A stretch of 64,000 bases of DNA from contig MU058221.1 of NCBI GenBank assembly GCA_013265495.1, forward strand, positions 3,472,001 through 3,536,000, written 5' to 3'. This DNA is from Vicugna vicugna (lineage: Eukaryota). The stretch's first letter is position 1. Each line of letters opens with the position of its first letter. Below, one piece after another: positions 25,413 to 38,719 of the stretch. Under the pieces are notes generated by a model. It ran no database searches. It saw only the letters and a program-made list of their open reading frames with translations, and was not told where the DNA came from. A program made the position numbers and the translations under genes.

Positions 25413-27029
25413 TATTGTACTTTCCGAAGAGTATCCGGCAAGGTAGACACGAATTAAGTAGACGCAGCTCCTACTTAGGACTGTTCTGAAAATATATATA
25501 GTTTAAACACTAGTAAGTTTGATGCCAGAGACTTCTAGTTGTCTCACAATATCCTCTCCCTCACCTAGACTTCAGACTGTTTTGTTTTGGAGACGGTAAC
25601 ACTAAGCCGCGTCTCTTTATTTTCCATCACAGGGTCTAGGACGGTTTCATAACACTCTTAAATAAATTAGTAAACATCCTTCCTTTGAAAAACAGAGAAT
25701 TCAAGTGAAAAAAAACAAAAACAGCTGAACATTTAACCTGTGGACAAAGCCAGTTTGAATCAAAACCAATTGGTATTTATTGAGCACATACTATGACCTG
25801 AGCTTTTATGCAGAGCAGTTTCATACACTTTCTCGTTCAGCTAATTAAATAGAGTTTCACTTGAAATAAACTATCTGCATTCAAAATAGTCTGGAATAGA
25901 GGTAAATTTAGAGTTTATGACACAGACCAAATTCTTAGAAGCTTGTACCTTCTGGAAAGGAATGTTTCTTATTTATCTGAAAATAAGTTCTTAAAGTAGA
26001 GCCTCTTTGAGGAGATGTCAGAGAATGTACTGAAACAGAAAGAGGAGACCCAGGGAAAATGTGTAGACAAACGACACAGTAATTATGCCACTCGGATTAT
26101 GATGTCAGACATGCAGCCCTGCTCCTTCAATTCCATTTGCTCGTTGTGGTCTAAGCACCAAGTGAAAATTGAATTTCTGTTTAATTTGTATCTCTCAGAG
26201 AGCCAACCTGTTTCTAAATCCTGCCAAAAAGCACTCATTTGCAAGTAATAGTGCGCACATCTTTTTCTGTTTCTTGGCTTCCAGGTCTCCTGATCACAGT
26301 CTTAAAAGTTATTTTAATGTAACTTTTTGTCATGCTATGTGCTTCCTTTAAATCCACTTTGGTTCCCCAACAGTCAGCACTTCTAAGTCCTTGGGCAATA
26401 TATTTTCCAAAAAGAGTGCAATAGCCAACTTTTTCTAGTGCTTTTGTGAGTTCCTCAGGACTATAAATTCATTATGATGGAGTAAGTGAGCCCCTTCATC
26501 TCGTGTCCATGGACACCCCACCAAACTATAGATGTGCTCATTGACACGTAATACAGAGGCTTTCTGTCCCAAATAGCCACTCAGAGGAGCGACTGTGCAC
26601 CGAGGTTTATTGCTCAGCATTATGTGAGATGCAAGGGGCAGGTGTGTATAATTAAAAAGCTGCCTGTGTCACTGCCCCTGTGGTCAGGAGGCTAGCTTAA
26701 AAAAAAAATTCAGACAATTGTGTATTTTGTGACCTTGTCTGCCTGCCAAAATAGGATTTAAAAAAAAACCAAAAAACATGCTGAGCTGGGAACAGAAAAA
26801 CAAATCTCAGGCACAGTGATTTCTCTCTGGCACAGAAGGATCAATGCAGGGCAATTGGAGGGAGGTGGAACGGCCACTTTTTCAATTTTGTCCATCTTTC
26901 TGTTGAGGGACCAGTTTCAGAGAAGACTGTCAATTTAAGAAGAGTAAAAATCCGAGGTCTGGCTCCTTTTGACTGTGGGATGTCTTAGCGGAGTAGCCCC
27001 GGGCACAGGCTTAGGGGCCGTTCTGTGTG

Positions 27030-27230
27030 GGTTCAATTTCCAGCTCCATCCCTTCCTCATTGTGTAAAATAGGGAAGATACGTGGGCTCTCTGAATCTCA
27101 TTTTCCTCGTGTTTAAACTGGGCTGATAATGGCATCTGCCTCCTAGGACTGTCTTGAGGAGGAAATGAATTCATATACATAAAATGCTTTAAAAAGTGCC
27201 AGGCACATAGTAATGCCTTATGCATTAGCT
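27030..27230 (+). mobile_element. MIR
   Basis: gggttcaatttccagctcca...ctctgaatctcattttcctcgtgtttaaactggg...aaatgctttaaaaagtgccaggcacatagtaa. Confidence 0.75.
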
Positions 27231-27469
27231 GTGATTAGTCAGTGTGGACCCAGCTCACCCTGGGGAATTTTGTTCCTCAGACACTCAGAGTCATCTTTTG
27301 CTCTCCTACTTTCCCCATGAAAACTTTCTCTCAAGTCCTTCTGCACATGAAAGGGAGAAAGCCAAGTAAAGGGTCAGTACTTCTCGGCACCATAAGGGGC
27401 AGGCCCTTAGATTAAGTCACTGGAATATCCTTTCAAATGTAATTATGATATTTCCTTATATATGGTTGA

Positions 27470-27600
27470 TGAGATACCCTTTACAGGTGAGGAAACTCGG
27501 GTTTGGAGAAGGAAGGTTTTCTCAGACAAGATGACAGAGCCAAGCATGGAGCAGAACCCAGCGCTTAGGGCAAGTCTGTTTAAATGCGAAGCCCACAATC
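27470..27600 (-). mobile_element. MIR fragment
   Basis: ttttacaggtgaggaaactcgggtttggagaagg MIR core. Confidence 0.55.
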
Positions 27601-28771
27601 TTTCCAAAAATAGAATGTTCTGTCTTATTTTTCTCTCAAAAAGTCTCCATAATTTATAAAATACTTTTTATAAAATTATCTTATTGGTGCCAGCAAGAAA
27701 TCTAGGTGACAGTCTAAAATACGTCACCTTATAAATGACACAAAGAAGGTTAACTGAGAGAGAAAGTGACTTTGCTCACCCTATACAGATGGTGAATGTT
27801 AGAAACAGATGCCAGAATAGTCTGTCTTACTACTTCTTCTGATGGTTTCCACCCAGGTGATTTATAATGACAAGCAACATTCAAGTACAAACTTTTCTGG
27901 AAGAATGTCCGTTTTCAGCCAATAGCTAATGGTCATGGCATAAAAGTCCAATAGAGAAATTTCAGTCAGCTACTGTGTAAGAAGGAGGGTCCTGGGACCA
28001 CACCTAATAGGTCACACAGCCTACGCCCTAGCTCACCTCTCTGTTCACTCGCCCCGTGAGCCACATTTAGGATGAATCCCCTTCAACAAAAGTAAAGACT
28101 GTTTCAGCAGATGCCGCAGTGGACAAATGGTAGACTTGAAAGAACTAGGAATTCCAGGTCCACTCTGACATTCTAGACAGAGAACTGCAGAATACTGGGG
28201 CACAGGTGGCATTTTGACTTCTTTTTTGTTTCAAGTTTTTAAGTTTCCCACTTAGGTCTGTAAGTGTGATGATAGAAATTATTTCATCTCTTACATGGAT
28301 GAGGGACTCATGACAAGTGCCCAGGTTCATTTTTGCCAAAAGGCCTTGTTGTTCACGTCTTGATGACATAATCAAGCAAAGGCAGCATCTGTGTGGAAGC
28401 ACGTTGGAAGACAGCTGGCAACCAAGGCAGGCTTCTCTAAAATAGAATAAATGTCCACATAGAAGCTAGACTTGTGGTTGTGAAAGAACATCAAAATTTT
28501 GGAAGTCTACTGGCAGCCCCATTGATCAGAGCATCTCAGCAAATGCTGTTGGCAAAGCCACCTCTCAGAATAAGGGAACAGACTGCTGTTTTGGATTTAA
28601 TTTGTGTTAAAGAAAGTAAATACTAGGAGTGAGGAGAGGTGATTATTATGTCAGTGCTATGGGCTGAGTGTTAGTGCTCCCTCCCAAATTTGTAGGTTGA
28701 AGCCCAAATCCCCATCCCCAATGTAGTTGTACTGGAGGTGGGACCTTTTGGAGGTAACTAGATCATGCAGC

Positions 28772-29203
28772 TGAAGTGAGAAGCCCCATGAAAAGACTGG
28801 CAGGACCCCCAGGCAGGGCCACTATCTTGCTTTTGTGCTTCTGTAAAGCAGCTTGCTTTTCGGAAAGTGGAACTTACCCCCAAGATTCTTTTGGTCCTCT
28901 AAGCTAACTCCTGATTGGTCCATTTGTAAGACCTCATTTGCATAAAGCTCACTCCTGATTGGTCCATTTCTAAAAAGCTCATTCCTGATTGGTCCACTTT
29001 GTTACACCTTATTTGCATATGATGTTGCAAAGTCTAGACTGGCAGCCTATAAAAGCCTGTGTAAACCTACAGACGTGGTCCAGAGCTTGGAGTGTTAACT
29101 CCCCGGGGCTCACCAGAGTAATAAACCCGAGTTCTCCAACCCTCTGAATGTCGCTTGGTCTCTTGCCGGGATCCAGGTTGCTGTAACACACTATGCTGTA
29201 ACA
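28772..29203 (+). mobile_element. Solo ERV LTR (ERV1-like) nested in the MaLR
   Basis: TG...CA ends (5' boundary uncertain, no clear TSD); U3-R-U5 layout with CCAAT boxes, TATA and AATAAA; interrupts a collinear MLT1A. Confidence 0.8.
28901..29125 (+). promoter_or_regulatory. LTR promoter: 3 inverted CCAAT boxes, 2 octamers, TATA box, poly(A) signal
   Basis: ATTGG at 28914, 28958, 28988; ATTTGCAT at 28936 and 29011; TATAAAA 29048-29054; AATAAA 29120-29125. Confidence 0.7.
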
Positions 29204-29699
29204 AAAATGGAGCCCTTATGAATGGGTTTAGTCCCCTTTTAAGAAGAGACATGAGAAAGGTAATTGCTCTCTGCTCTTTACCACATGAGAACGCAGGAGA
29301 AGACAGCCACCTGCAATCTATCATGCTCTTACCAGACACTGAATTGGCTGGAACCTTGATCTTGGACTTTGCATCCTCCAGAACTTTGAGAAATAAGCGT
29401 CTGTAGTTTAAGCCACCAAGTCTGTGGTAGTTCGTTACAGCATGGTAGTTTGAATAGACTAAGACGACCGCCTTGAAGTTCTTAGGAGCGAAACACAAAA
29501 GAACATAAGGATAAAAGTAAATAGAGGTAATTAAGGCATAGTTCACATGTGCTTTATTGTATGGAAGTAAAATCATAAACATATAATCTCATGGCTCTCA
29601 TCATGATCACCATCTGTTTATTGAACATCTAGTTTGTACAGGAGATTTTTAAAATATTAGTACAAACAAAAACACGAAAAAGCGCAGGATATAAGTCTT

Positions 29700-29815
29700 T
29701 TTTTCTCCCATTTTGCAGTTAAGGAATCTGAAACTCACAAAGGTGGAAGAACATGTCCAGGTTTATACGCATCAGAGCTGGGAACTGAACCTGGATACCT
29801 ACGAAAGCCCTGATA
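29700..29815 (-). mobile_element. MIR fragment
   Basis: cccattttgcagttaaggaatctgaaactcacaaagg...agagctgggaactgaacc. Confidence 0.6.
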
Positions 29816-30859
29816 TTTGTACTGTGACGGTGAATGAGCTTCTCAAATGGAAGACTGACTAAGGATATTAAAAGCACTAAAGAATGAAATGTGCACCATA
29901 TACTAGCAGATTATCCCAGGGGAAATTGTCCAAAGTACACATCAAGTGCTGTGGCATCTCTGAAAAGTATGAGATGGATTTTATTCAGGGAAGGAAGTGT
30001 AGGTAAAGAATGCCAGACCCTGGATTAAAACTAGGGCTAGAATGAACTGAAGTTCATAAAATATTACCAACATAATTCATGCAAGTTTTATTTGTTTCTT
30101 TGCTTTTCTTTGCTTTGTTTTGATCAATAAAAAGTAGGAAGAGATAGGCCTGTTGTTTGGAAAAAAAGATTCAGCGAAGTAGCATAAATAGAATAAATTG
30201 AGAAGGCAGAATGATTGAACCCCAACTTGAACTCCAACCTTATTTTAATCTTCTTTTGCAAGAGGAATATCCTGAAAGTTCAAAAGGGAAGAAAAATATG
30301 ATAAATAGTACATTTAAATTCAAAGAAATTTGAATATTATAGGAAAATTCCAACTTGATTTTCGTACACAGATTCAGGCAAAAGTTCACCATACTGCTAA
30401 ATGAATTTAAAGACAGAAAGCTGAAAATACTGCTTCTGTTTAGAAGTGATGGGGAAAAAAGTCAAATATGACAATGTATTTTATTTCGAAGCTTATAGAA
30501 ATAGAAAGCAGTCAAAAACAGGGTATTTATTTTGGAAAAGAAGATAAAGTGGAAACAAAAATAATTTCTCACAAACACCTGAAGGATGGTTGTATGAAGG
30601 ACACCATGCATTTAAAATGATTTTGTCAGATAGGAGAAAAGTAAAGGGGGATGGATGTAATTTTTAGGAAAGAATAATTTGCAAAGGCTTTACTGGGAGA
30701 AAATGTGGAAGAGTTTCCACACTAAAATGGTCATCTGTTATAAACTGTGACTCCATGTGTTTGGTGGGGACTTGCTCTTTTTTGCTTTCTATTCTTCCAA
30801 GTTTTCTTCCCTCTGTAAACAAGACTTGGGGACAGTTGGTTTTTGAAGCAAAATAATCA

Positions 30860-32330
30860 GGGAAGGCTTGATTGATGAGTAGCATTTAATTACTTATTTG
30901 ATGCAATGTAGCAGCTGGGAAGAGGAGGGCTAGAAACCAGGAGGCAGTTATTTCCAGACAAAGCATAGAGGGTGTGCAAAGGCCCTGATGTCGGAGGGGG
31001 TCCCACTTGTTTAGGGAAAAGCATGAAAGCTAGAGAGTAATGACCGAAGGTGGTGGGGGGGCGCTGAAACGATGGGAAGACAAGGTTATAGAAGGCTCTG
31101 CCATGATTGGAAGGCATTGGCTTTCCCATTGATTGGGATGAGAAGCCATTGAAAAATGTTTAAAGAAGGGGGGAAGGTATAGTTCAGTGGTCGAGTGTAT
31201 GCTTAGCATGCATGGAGTCCTGGGTTCCATCCCCAGTACAGCACCTCCATTAGGTAAAAATACTAAATACATAAACTGGATTACCTCCCTCACCCAAAAA
31301 CAAACAAACAAAAAATATCTGAAGAGGGAAGTGGCTTGAACCAAGAGATTGTTCCCAGCTTTACTGAAGTATAATTTATAAGTTAATATATATTTAAACC
31401 ACATAACTTGATGTTTATATATACATACATACATACATATATGTATGTGTCTGTGTGTGTGTACATATACACATTGTTAAACAATCTAAAAACAAAGAAT
31501 CACCTTATTAGACTATGGCAGCTGTCTGGGTGAGAGGTTATAATTATTTGGACCAGGAAGAAAGCATTGGATGTATGAAAAGTGGTAAAATTTTGAATAT
31601 TTCACTAACAACCAACAAGATTTACTAAAAAAATGGATGAAGGCTATAAGATAAAAAGAAGGATAAAAGAGGGCTCCCAGAGTTTTGGTTTAAACAATGG
31701 GAAAGCTGGAGGGACAGAAAAATCACAGAAACAGCCTTGAGAGAGCCAAGGAATGTGTAAGTCAAGTACGTAACATGGTGTTAGATTGGAAAGACCTATT
31801 GAAAGAGCAGGTAGTTTTGGCAGCTGGTAATTTGATTCCTGAATCCAGGAAGAAGGTCTCAGAAGGGGGTGCGCGTTGGGAAGTATTGGAGGATGTATGA
31901 CATTTAAATCAGTACAACTAAGCGAAATCTCAAGGGAGTGAGCGTAAACGGAGAAGAAGCCTAAAGGTGCGCCAGAACATAGAGATTGGGAGACAAGGAA
32001 AGTGAGCCACAGGTGAGGACGTGGGAGGACCAGGAGAGTCTGGTGTTCTTAAGAACCTGCCTGGAAACAGCATTTCAGGAAAGTGAGGGTGATCCCTGCG
32101 GAGAGGTCAACGCAGATGAAGACTGAGAATCGGCTGGTGGACTCTGGAAACGGTTATCAGTGGAGATCGCGGTAAAGTACCCTTTAGCAGAGTGGTTCAC
32201 ACAGCAGTATTACAGGGGAGAGTTCAACAGAGAGTGAGACTCCACCACTGGAGCCACTGAGCATAGACAGACCATGAGAGGCAAAGTGTTTTGCTACAAC
32301 GAAGAGAGATGGGATTGTAAACAGAGATGT
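30860..32330 (-). mobile_element. LINE-2 relic interrupted by a SINE and a short L1 3' end
   Basis: Purine-rich L2-like motifs gtgcaaaggccctga, gagaagccattgaaaaatgtttaaag, gaagactgagaatcggctggtgga. Confidence 0.6.
31168..31316 (+). mobile_element. Vic-1-like tRNA-derived SINE
   Basis: ggggaaggtatagttcagtggtcgagtgtatgcttagcatgcatggagtcctgggttccatccccagtac; diverged TSD-like aaaaatgtttaaagaaggg / aaaaatatctgaagaggg. Confidence 0.88.
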
Positions 32331-32869
32331 GGTCCCAACAGAGCTTTCATTTTATTTGTGTTTTTAAGTGATTATTATTACTTCATTCTTTTGATTCAGT
32401 ATTTATTTGGGATGGAGAAATTGCACAGCGTTGGCATGCTGGGGAGTGTGGTCCAGTGGAAAGGAAAAGGGAGGAACTGGAGCAAAGTCCTCATTAGGAG
32501 AGTGGGGAGAGGGTGTCGCGAACAGAAGGAGAGTTACCCTTAAAAGGTTTCTGAACAGGATGCCCGTAGTTCAGGAGGGGAAGATGTGGGTGCAGCTGAG
32601 GGGTGAGTGGGTGCACGTGGTTATGCTGACCAGGTAGCTGTGTCCTTGAAAACTCAAGCAGGATCACTTTAAATTATTTATTATTATTTCTTTTGTCTTT
32701 TGATTTCTGCTGCCAGACTCAAAACACGCTCAAGTAGTAACCAGGTCGTCTTTCTAAACTACCCCTAACTCCAAACAAGGACAAGGGCCTGTGACATTCT
32801 TTTTACTGTATGGGAAGATTTTCTGATGACCACAGCAGCACAACAAATAAATGGATAAACAAAAAGCAA

Positions 32870-33150
32870 TATGTTTACACAGTGATTCAAATAATGAGGT
32901 CTTAGCATGGAAATAGTCAAGAAGATAAATGGAACAGAATTGACAGTATACCAGGCAAGACCAAGTACATGTGAAAAATTCAGTATGTGGTGAAGCCAGG
33001 ATTTCAAATTTTGGGGGAAAGAATGTGGTACTTTTAATACGGAGTGTAGGTGACTAACTTACTCTTTGGAACCAAAAGACAAATTTAGATCCTTAAGTGA
33101 CTTTTTTTTAAACTTAAAACAAAATTCAGATTGATTAAAAGTAAATGAAT
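32870..33150 (+). mobile_element. Decayed L1M ORF2 fragment
   Basis: aaatggaacagaattgacagt...aatttagatcc...aaaattcagattgattaaaag resemble the WNRIE...LDP...INSRWIK region. Confidence 0.5.
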
Positions 33151-34229
33151 GACATAAAAAGAGATGAGAGACAAAGAGAAAGAGAACTTAATTGAAAAAA
33201 AGTAGCCTATTTATAGAAGGCAGTGTGGAAGATGCTGTAAACAATTTTATTAAATCAGTGTCCTATACATTTAAAAATAAGATCTAAAATAAAAATTAGC
33301 AGGCCACCGTGTGTAGCTGTTTCTCCTGGTTTTCACCTCATATTTATAAATAGTGTGCATGTGTTCCTTTTACTTGTTTTATCAAATACAGACGCTTACC
33401 TGTTAGCTTTCTTTTATAGTAGAAGAGACTTGCCTCTTATATCTACTTTTATAAACCACAGTTTCCCACCCATCCTCACAACACATTGTGATTTTTTTTT
33501 TCTCCCACATGTGGTATTTTGTCTTGAAAACATTCCTGGGAGAGCCAGATGTTTAAGCAGACCTTGTTAATTGTGGACAGCATGTGGGAAAATAGCTTCT
33601 CATTGAAGAAGCCCTGAATATTTGCATTACAAGGTCTTTTCCCGGAGCAATTCAGGCTTCCACAGAAGAACCTCCCAATCTGCTGTCTGGGGGTTGCATG
33701 GTTGCCTGAGTGCTCAAAGCAGAGGATGGGGAGGAGGTCTGGGAGCCACCAGCTTTCAGAGCTCACCTGCCTCCCACAGGCTTCTTCTCGCTTTGAAGCT
33801 CACCTTTGTTCATTGCTGGGCTGGAGGCTCCTGAGTTCAGAGAATTTCCAGATCAGATTCCCTTGAGAATAAACTTATTTTTCCTCCTGCTTCATTTTTG
33901 AGGCTTAAGGCTTGGAGTATATTTCTGTTTGGGGCCATGTATATGAGGTCTTAGGTACCTCATCCTTCTTGTCCTCAAAGCTTCAGGTTTTCTCCATTGT
34001 CAAGAATTTTAGTGTGACGTTGCCTCTGCCTTGCTGAGTCAGTTACCCCAATTTAGCTGATTTCAGTCTTCCAAAAATTACTTAAATGATCGTTTGCTGA
34101 AATTCCCCTTTTTTGCTGTTCTCTTTGTCTTCATTCAGTGAGAGTCTTTTTAGCAGGGTTTGAGGCGAGGGAGATGATAAAAGTTGTGGGACATCCACAA
34201 TTGTAAACCAAATGGATCACACATTCTCT

Positions 34230-35120
34230 AAGTATGACACTAAAGGATAATCCTATAAAGTAAAAGAGTCAGAGAATGCGTTCATCCGAAATTAAAGTCA
34301 TTTATGAATTTTGAGAAGTAAATAGTAAAGTTAAAAAGAAAGAGACATAAAGACAGATCTTGTAACTTACATGAGAGAAAAAATGTTATGGATGCTGATT
34401 GTGTCCACTAAGAAAATATAAGGACCCTAGTAAGATAATAAAAATGGTCGCAATGTTTCAGTAGGCAGTTCCCAGAAGAAAAAATGGCTGATTGATGTAT
34501 AAAAATTGGTCAGATAATTGAAGAGAGGCAAATCTAAGGAACATGATTCCATATTTATCTGTCACTTTTGCTTAGGTGAGATGTTTGATAATCTCTAGTG
34601 TAAATAAGCTTGGAAAATGTGAATTGGCTCTGTGTATGTGGAGAAGTATGTGGTGACACTGATCAGAATCTGAAATGCCCAAACACTTTAATCCAGCAAA
34701 TCCATTGCTACAAAGCATCCTTCAGGTATTTACATGAAAGCAAGCAAAACTGGATGTACAAAGTTATTATTTGCAACATTTTGATTGCGACAAAATAAAT
34801 GCCAAAAAGACTAAAGGAAATGATTATAAATATTATAATCTACCTCCACAATTCAAAAGAAGGAGGAAGATCCATATGTACCAATACAGAAAGTTTCTAG
34901 GATTTTAAGAAAAATGTGGAAGTCATATGGTGTATAGAACGCACCAATTTGTTCAAACAAAGAAATGCGCATTTATACATACATGAATATGCATTAAAAT
35001 TACTGGATGATACATAAGAAGTTATTATAAGTTGCTGAGAAATGGAACTGGGGGAAGAGAAGTGTGGTAGTAAATTTTGCTTTTCACTTTATGTCTTTTT
35101 ATACTTTTAAATAGCATATG
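34230..35120 (+). mobile_element. Decayed L1ME-like ORF2 end/3'UTR
   Basis: A-rich; ccagcaaatccattgcta, gatgtacaaagttattatttgcaacatt, ttgcttttcactttat. Confidence 0.5.
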
Positions 35121-35668
35121 ACTTAAAATAAATTTACAGATTGTTTTAAAATTATTATTTAAATAATGTGGAATGTGTCCGATATTTTGCTAACAAAAAT
35201 AATTCTATCATCATGAACCCATTGTTTTAAAAACTATGTGCATAGTTGAAAGTGGTAAAAAATTAGCAGATATGTGTATATTATAAATATATATAGAGAA
35301 ACGTACAAAAAATGTTTTACTCAATGTAGGTACCTCTGTTTCCCTAAATTATTTGATTTGCTATATAAACGCACACACACACACAAAGAAAATGATTTAA
35401 AAATTTAAAAAGGGAAGGGCGGAAAAGAGGGAAGGAGAGGAAGGAGCATGTTTCCTTCCACCAATAATGGTAAATAAGAATTCTCTGAACTGGAGGAGGG
35501 AGCTGAAGTAAATAACCCGTGAAATGTGAATATACCTACATGGTTGCGCTCCTTTTCTTGAATTGGTGTATCTTCACATAGATCCTCTCTAGGACCCATC
35601 CCAAGGTCTGTGGTATGGTAGACATGGAACTCCAAAACCACCTCCACTGACTGCCTCTGCGATCTCTT

Positions 35669-35925
35669 CTGCTCAGCATCCCTCGAATGCTCCATCTGGA
35701 CCACGAGTTACGGGGCATCCCTGCGCAGCACCCCTGGAATGCTCCATCAGGACCACGAGTTACGGGGCATCCCTGCGCAGCACCCCTGGAATGCTCCATC
35801 AGGACCACGAGTTACGGGGCATCCCTGCTCAGCACCCCTGGAATGCTCCATCAGGACCACGAGTTACGGGGCATCCCTGCGCAGCACCCCTGGAATGCTC
35901 CATCAGGACCACGAGTTATGGGGCA
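35669..35925. repeat. 52-bp minisatellite, ~4.9 copies
   Basis: Unit gaatgctccatcaggaccacgagttacggggcatccctgcgcagcacccctg starts at 35685, 35737, 35789, 35841, 35893 (last partial), with a partial lead-in at 35669. Confidence 0.97.
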
Positions 35926-37691
35926 GCAAGGCACAGCTCTGCTTTGCATTCTTCTGCCTTTATTCAGTGTTGCTATGGCCTGAAATGCTTCTTTCCCTCT
36001 TCTTCCAGTGGCCCCCACTCTGCCCTGTCTCACCACTGAGACCCTTTCCCCCATTCCAAACTCCACGAAGTCCTCACTTTTGGTAGAATCCTCACTTGCA
36101 TAAATCCACTTCTCATGACTAGGAGGAAAGTTGACTGCCCCCTACCGCTTCTTGAAGTGCAAATGTGCATTTTGAATGTTCCTTGGCATGACTTTTCTAG
36201 GAGAGCATAATCTTCATGAAATTAGGGGCTATGTTTATTCATCATTGTATTCAAATTTTTAGCACACTGTTAGGTAACAGGCAGGCATTTTGAAATGTTA
36301 GCACATTTAATAGAATATAATTTAATGATTATTAATATCCCATGTAAATAGATTCATGAGCTCAGATTTGTATCTTCATTTCCACAGATATATGCATAAA
36401 TAGTACTCTTTTTTCAGCTTATTAGCTTATGTTTTCATTTCCTTCCCTGCAGATAAAACAATCTCAGTGGGGAATTTAATATGAGCCACTTAGGACAATT
36501 CCAACTGAATGGTATATTAAGTCCTCAGAACCCTGACTGTAAAATGTAACAGTGTTAGGTCCTATCGTTTGTGCTCCTGCAGCCAACTTGAACTAGCATG
36601 CCAGAACTACTTCTGATCATTTCTTTTTACTGAGCAGTAGCATCTCAAAATGCTTCAGATTCTCTCTGAAATTAAATGTGCAATATTAAATACAGTCCTT
36701 CTGGGACATGAAAGCATTTTACTTAATTTCTGTGCTTATCACACTAGGAAAATCCTCAACACATGGCAGAAGGAGATGCAGCCACAGAATGTACCAAAGA
36801 ATGAATAAATTTTTTATTGCAGGGAGTATGAAAAATACACACAAGCCAGGCCAAGTTAGGATGCATAGAAGAGGAGTGGAGGGTTGGGAGCCTCAGCTAG
36901 ATGGAAAGCCAGTAAATTCTGGCTGGATAAGCACACTTCCTACCTCGAAAATAGGAGGTGAAGATAAGAAAGGATTCTTTCCAACTACCAGCAGTGAAAG
37001 CAGTGAATAAACTAATTGCCTTCCAATTAAGAGGATGAAGGGAGATGCAAAATAAAAAAATTATTTTTGTCTTAAAGGAGGAATTTAGCTCTCCTAGCAG
37101 TGATCTGCTTGCATTTAAAAGATTTCAGAATGTTGAGATCATTTGTCTGTGTCTCTGCAAAAGCAGAAAGATTACAATGAGACGGTTTTAACAGGCTGAA
37201 ACATGGGAGATGGCATCAAAGTCTGTCTTGAATAACTCTTCTCTAAATCTTAATGCAAATGAGAAATTACTTTCTCCCTGAAGCTCCAATGAAGTTATCC
37301 TGGATTGGTAAAAACCAACAAATCCTAATTGGTTCCAGATATTAGAATTCACTTGGCAAGCGATATTTCTCATTATAAAGCAACAGACAAAAAATGTCCG
37401 AAAGTTGACTGTATTCTAGCCACTTATTTTTATTTTTTTTCCTCATTTGAATATCTGTCCCTTCCTTGTAGTAGTTATCAACCAGTAGTTTAATAATTAT
37501 GGTTGTTTATATAATAACTTACATACCTCTCTACGGATACCGTGAAATTCTTGAGCGTAGGTAACAATCACTCATCTATAATAGAGATAGATTATGGATA
37601 TTTTATGAGCATTGAGATGTGTGTTGGAACTCTACTTGGGTCAACAGGTGTGGCAAGGACATGAATGACAAGTTAAGTCTCGATGTACATA

Positions 37692-38719
37692 CAGGCAGTT
37701 CTTTTTCTACACATGCTCAGATTTGAGTTACCAGTGTCGTTAGATGAAACCAGTCTTCGAACATCACAGTTCATACTTCAGTTATCAAGGCATGTGAACT
37801 GCAAGTCATTACACAAAGTGCAAAGTTTTCTTCTAGTTCTTCAGTCTATAAAGCACTACTTAAAGAACAGATAAGCATCGTGTTCAAAGACTTACCACGT
37901 AACTTCTTTTCGAGGCCGTTGGTTATTGGGCTCTTGACATCTGATACTCTCTTCACACACCTGCAAACATGTAGCTGTGTTGTGTCCTTGTCTCCTACTT
38001 ATAAACCCACATGCTGTTTTACAAAAATGGACAATTAAGTGGGGGAAGAGGACAATGAACTGCAGTGCGGCCAAGCCGAGTGGTAACGTTGTGAGCGAAA
38101 TTCCCGTCTAATATAAATGCACTTATAGAAGAAATCAGTAACCAGGGAATTTTGACCCCGCTGCTCTTGGAGAAAATTCAGATACTCAGTCAGAAGAACT
38201 TAGTGCAGATAACCCTGTTGACTTGAGTGAAGTGGTTGAGACAAAAAGGATGAAGGTGTCCCAGAAGAAGGGACACTGGCACACAAAACAGAATAAAAAA
38301 AAAAAAAACCTTCACATCACAGAAGCTCTTAAATATATTTCATGACATTGAGAGCACAAATAATAAAATGCTGGAAGTGAATCCAACTTAGGGAGGCGCA
38401 TGACAATTCGCCACCGTCATGGACAAGATACTCCACACCAGACATTATACAGTTCTCATTGTATATAAATTGTAGAGAATTAAGACATTATTTTTCATTA
38501 TTTATTTTAAATTACAGTGTACTAAATGAATATTAGTTTTATTGTTTTAAAAATTTCTTTTATATGTATAACTGACAGTAAGAGAGTTTATACTGTTTTG
38601 GCAAACATTTTTAAAGGTCACAAAGTATTTTTTTCCTATTGATGGAGATGACTTTGTGTGTTTTCACTTAGCGTGTGCATTTTATGATCTGGCAGTACTG
38701 TAGAAGTGAAAACTGCCTA
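37692..38719 (+). mobile_element. TcMar-Tigger non-autonomous DNA transposon (Tigger13a-like)
   Basis: TA|caggcagtt ... aactgccta terminal inverted repeats; transposase remnant aaaatggacaattaag and aaaaggatgaaggtgtcccagaagaag. Confidence 0.75.

Larger units (their letters stand above)
28655..29466 (+). mobile_element. MaLR LTR (MLT1A/MST-like) split by a younger LTR
   Basis: tgctatgggctgagtgtt...ggaggtaactagatcatg resumes at tggagcccttatgaatggg and ends accttgatcttggactt...tttaagccaccaagtctgtggt...gactaagac. Confidence 0.85.

Noticed and set aside
29067..29582. 171-aa minus-strand ORF
   Set aside because: Chance read-through of antisense MaLR and nested LTR sequence
35669..35925. 52-bp repeats as a CRISPR array, or the overlapping ORFs as a repeat protein
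   Set aside because: Units are head-to-tail with no unique spacers, there are no cas genes and the context is mammalian; the 52-bp period shifts frame each unit
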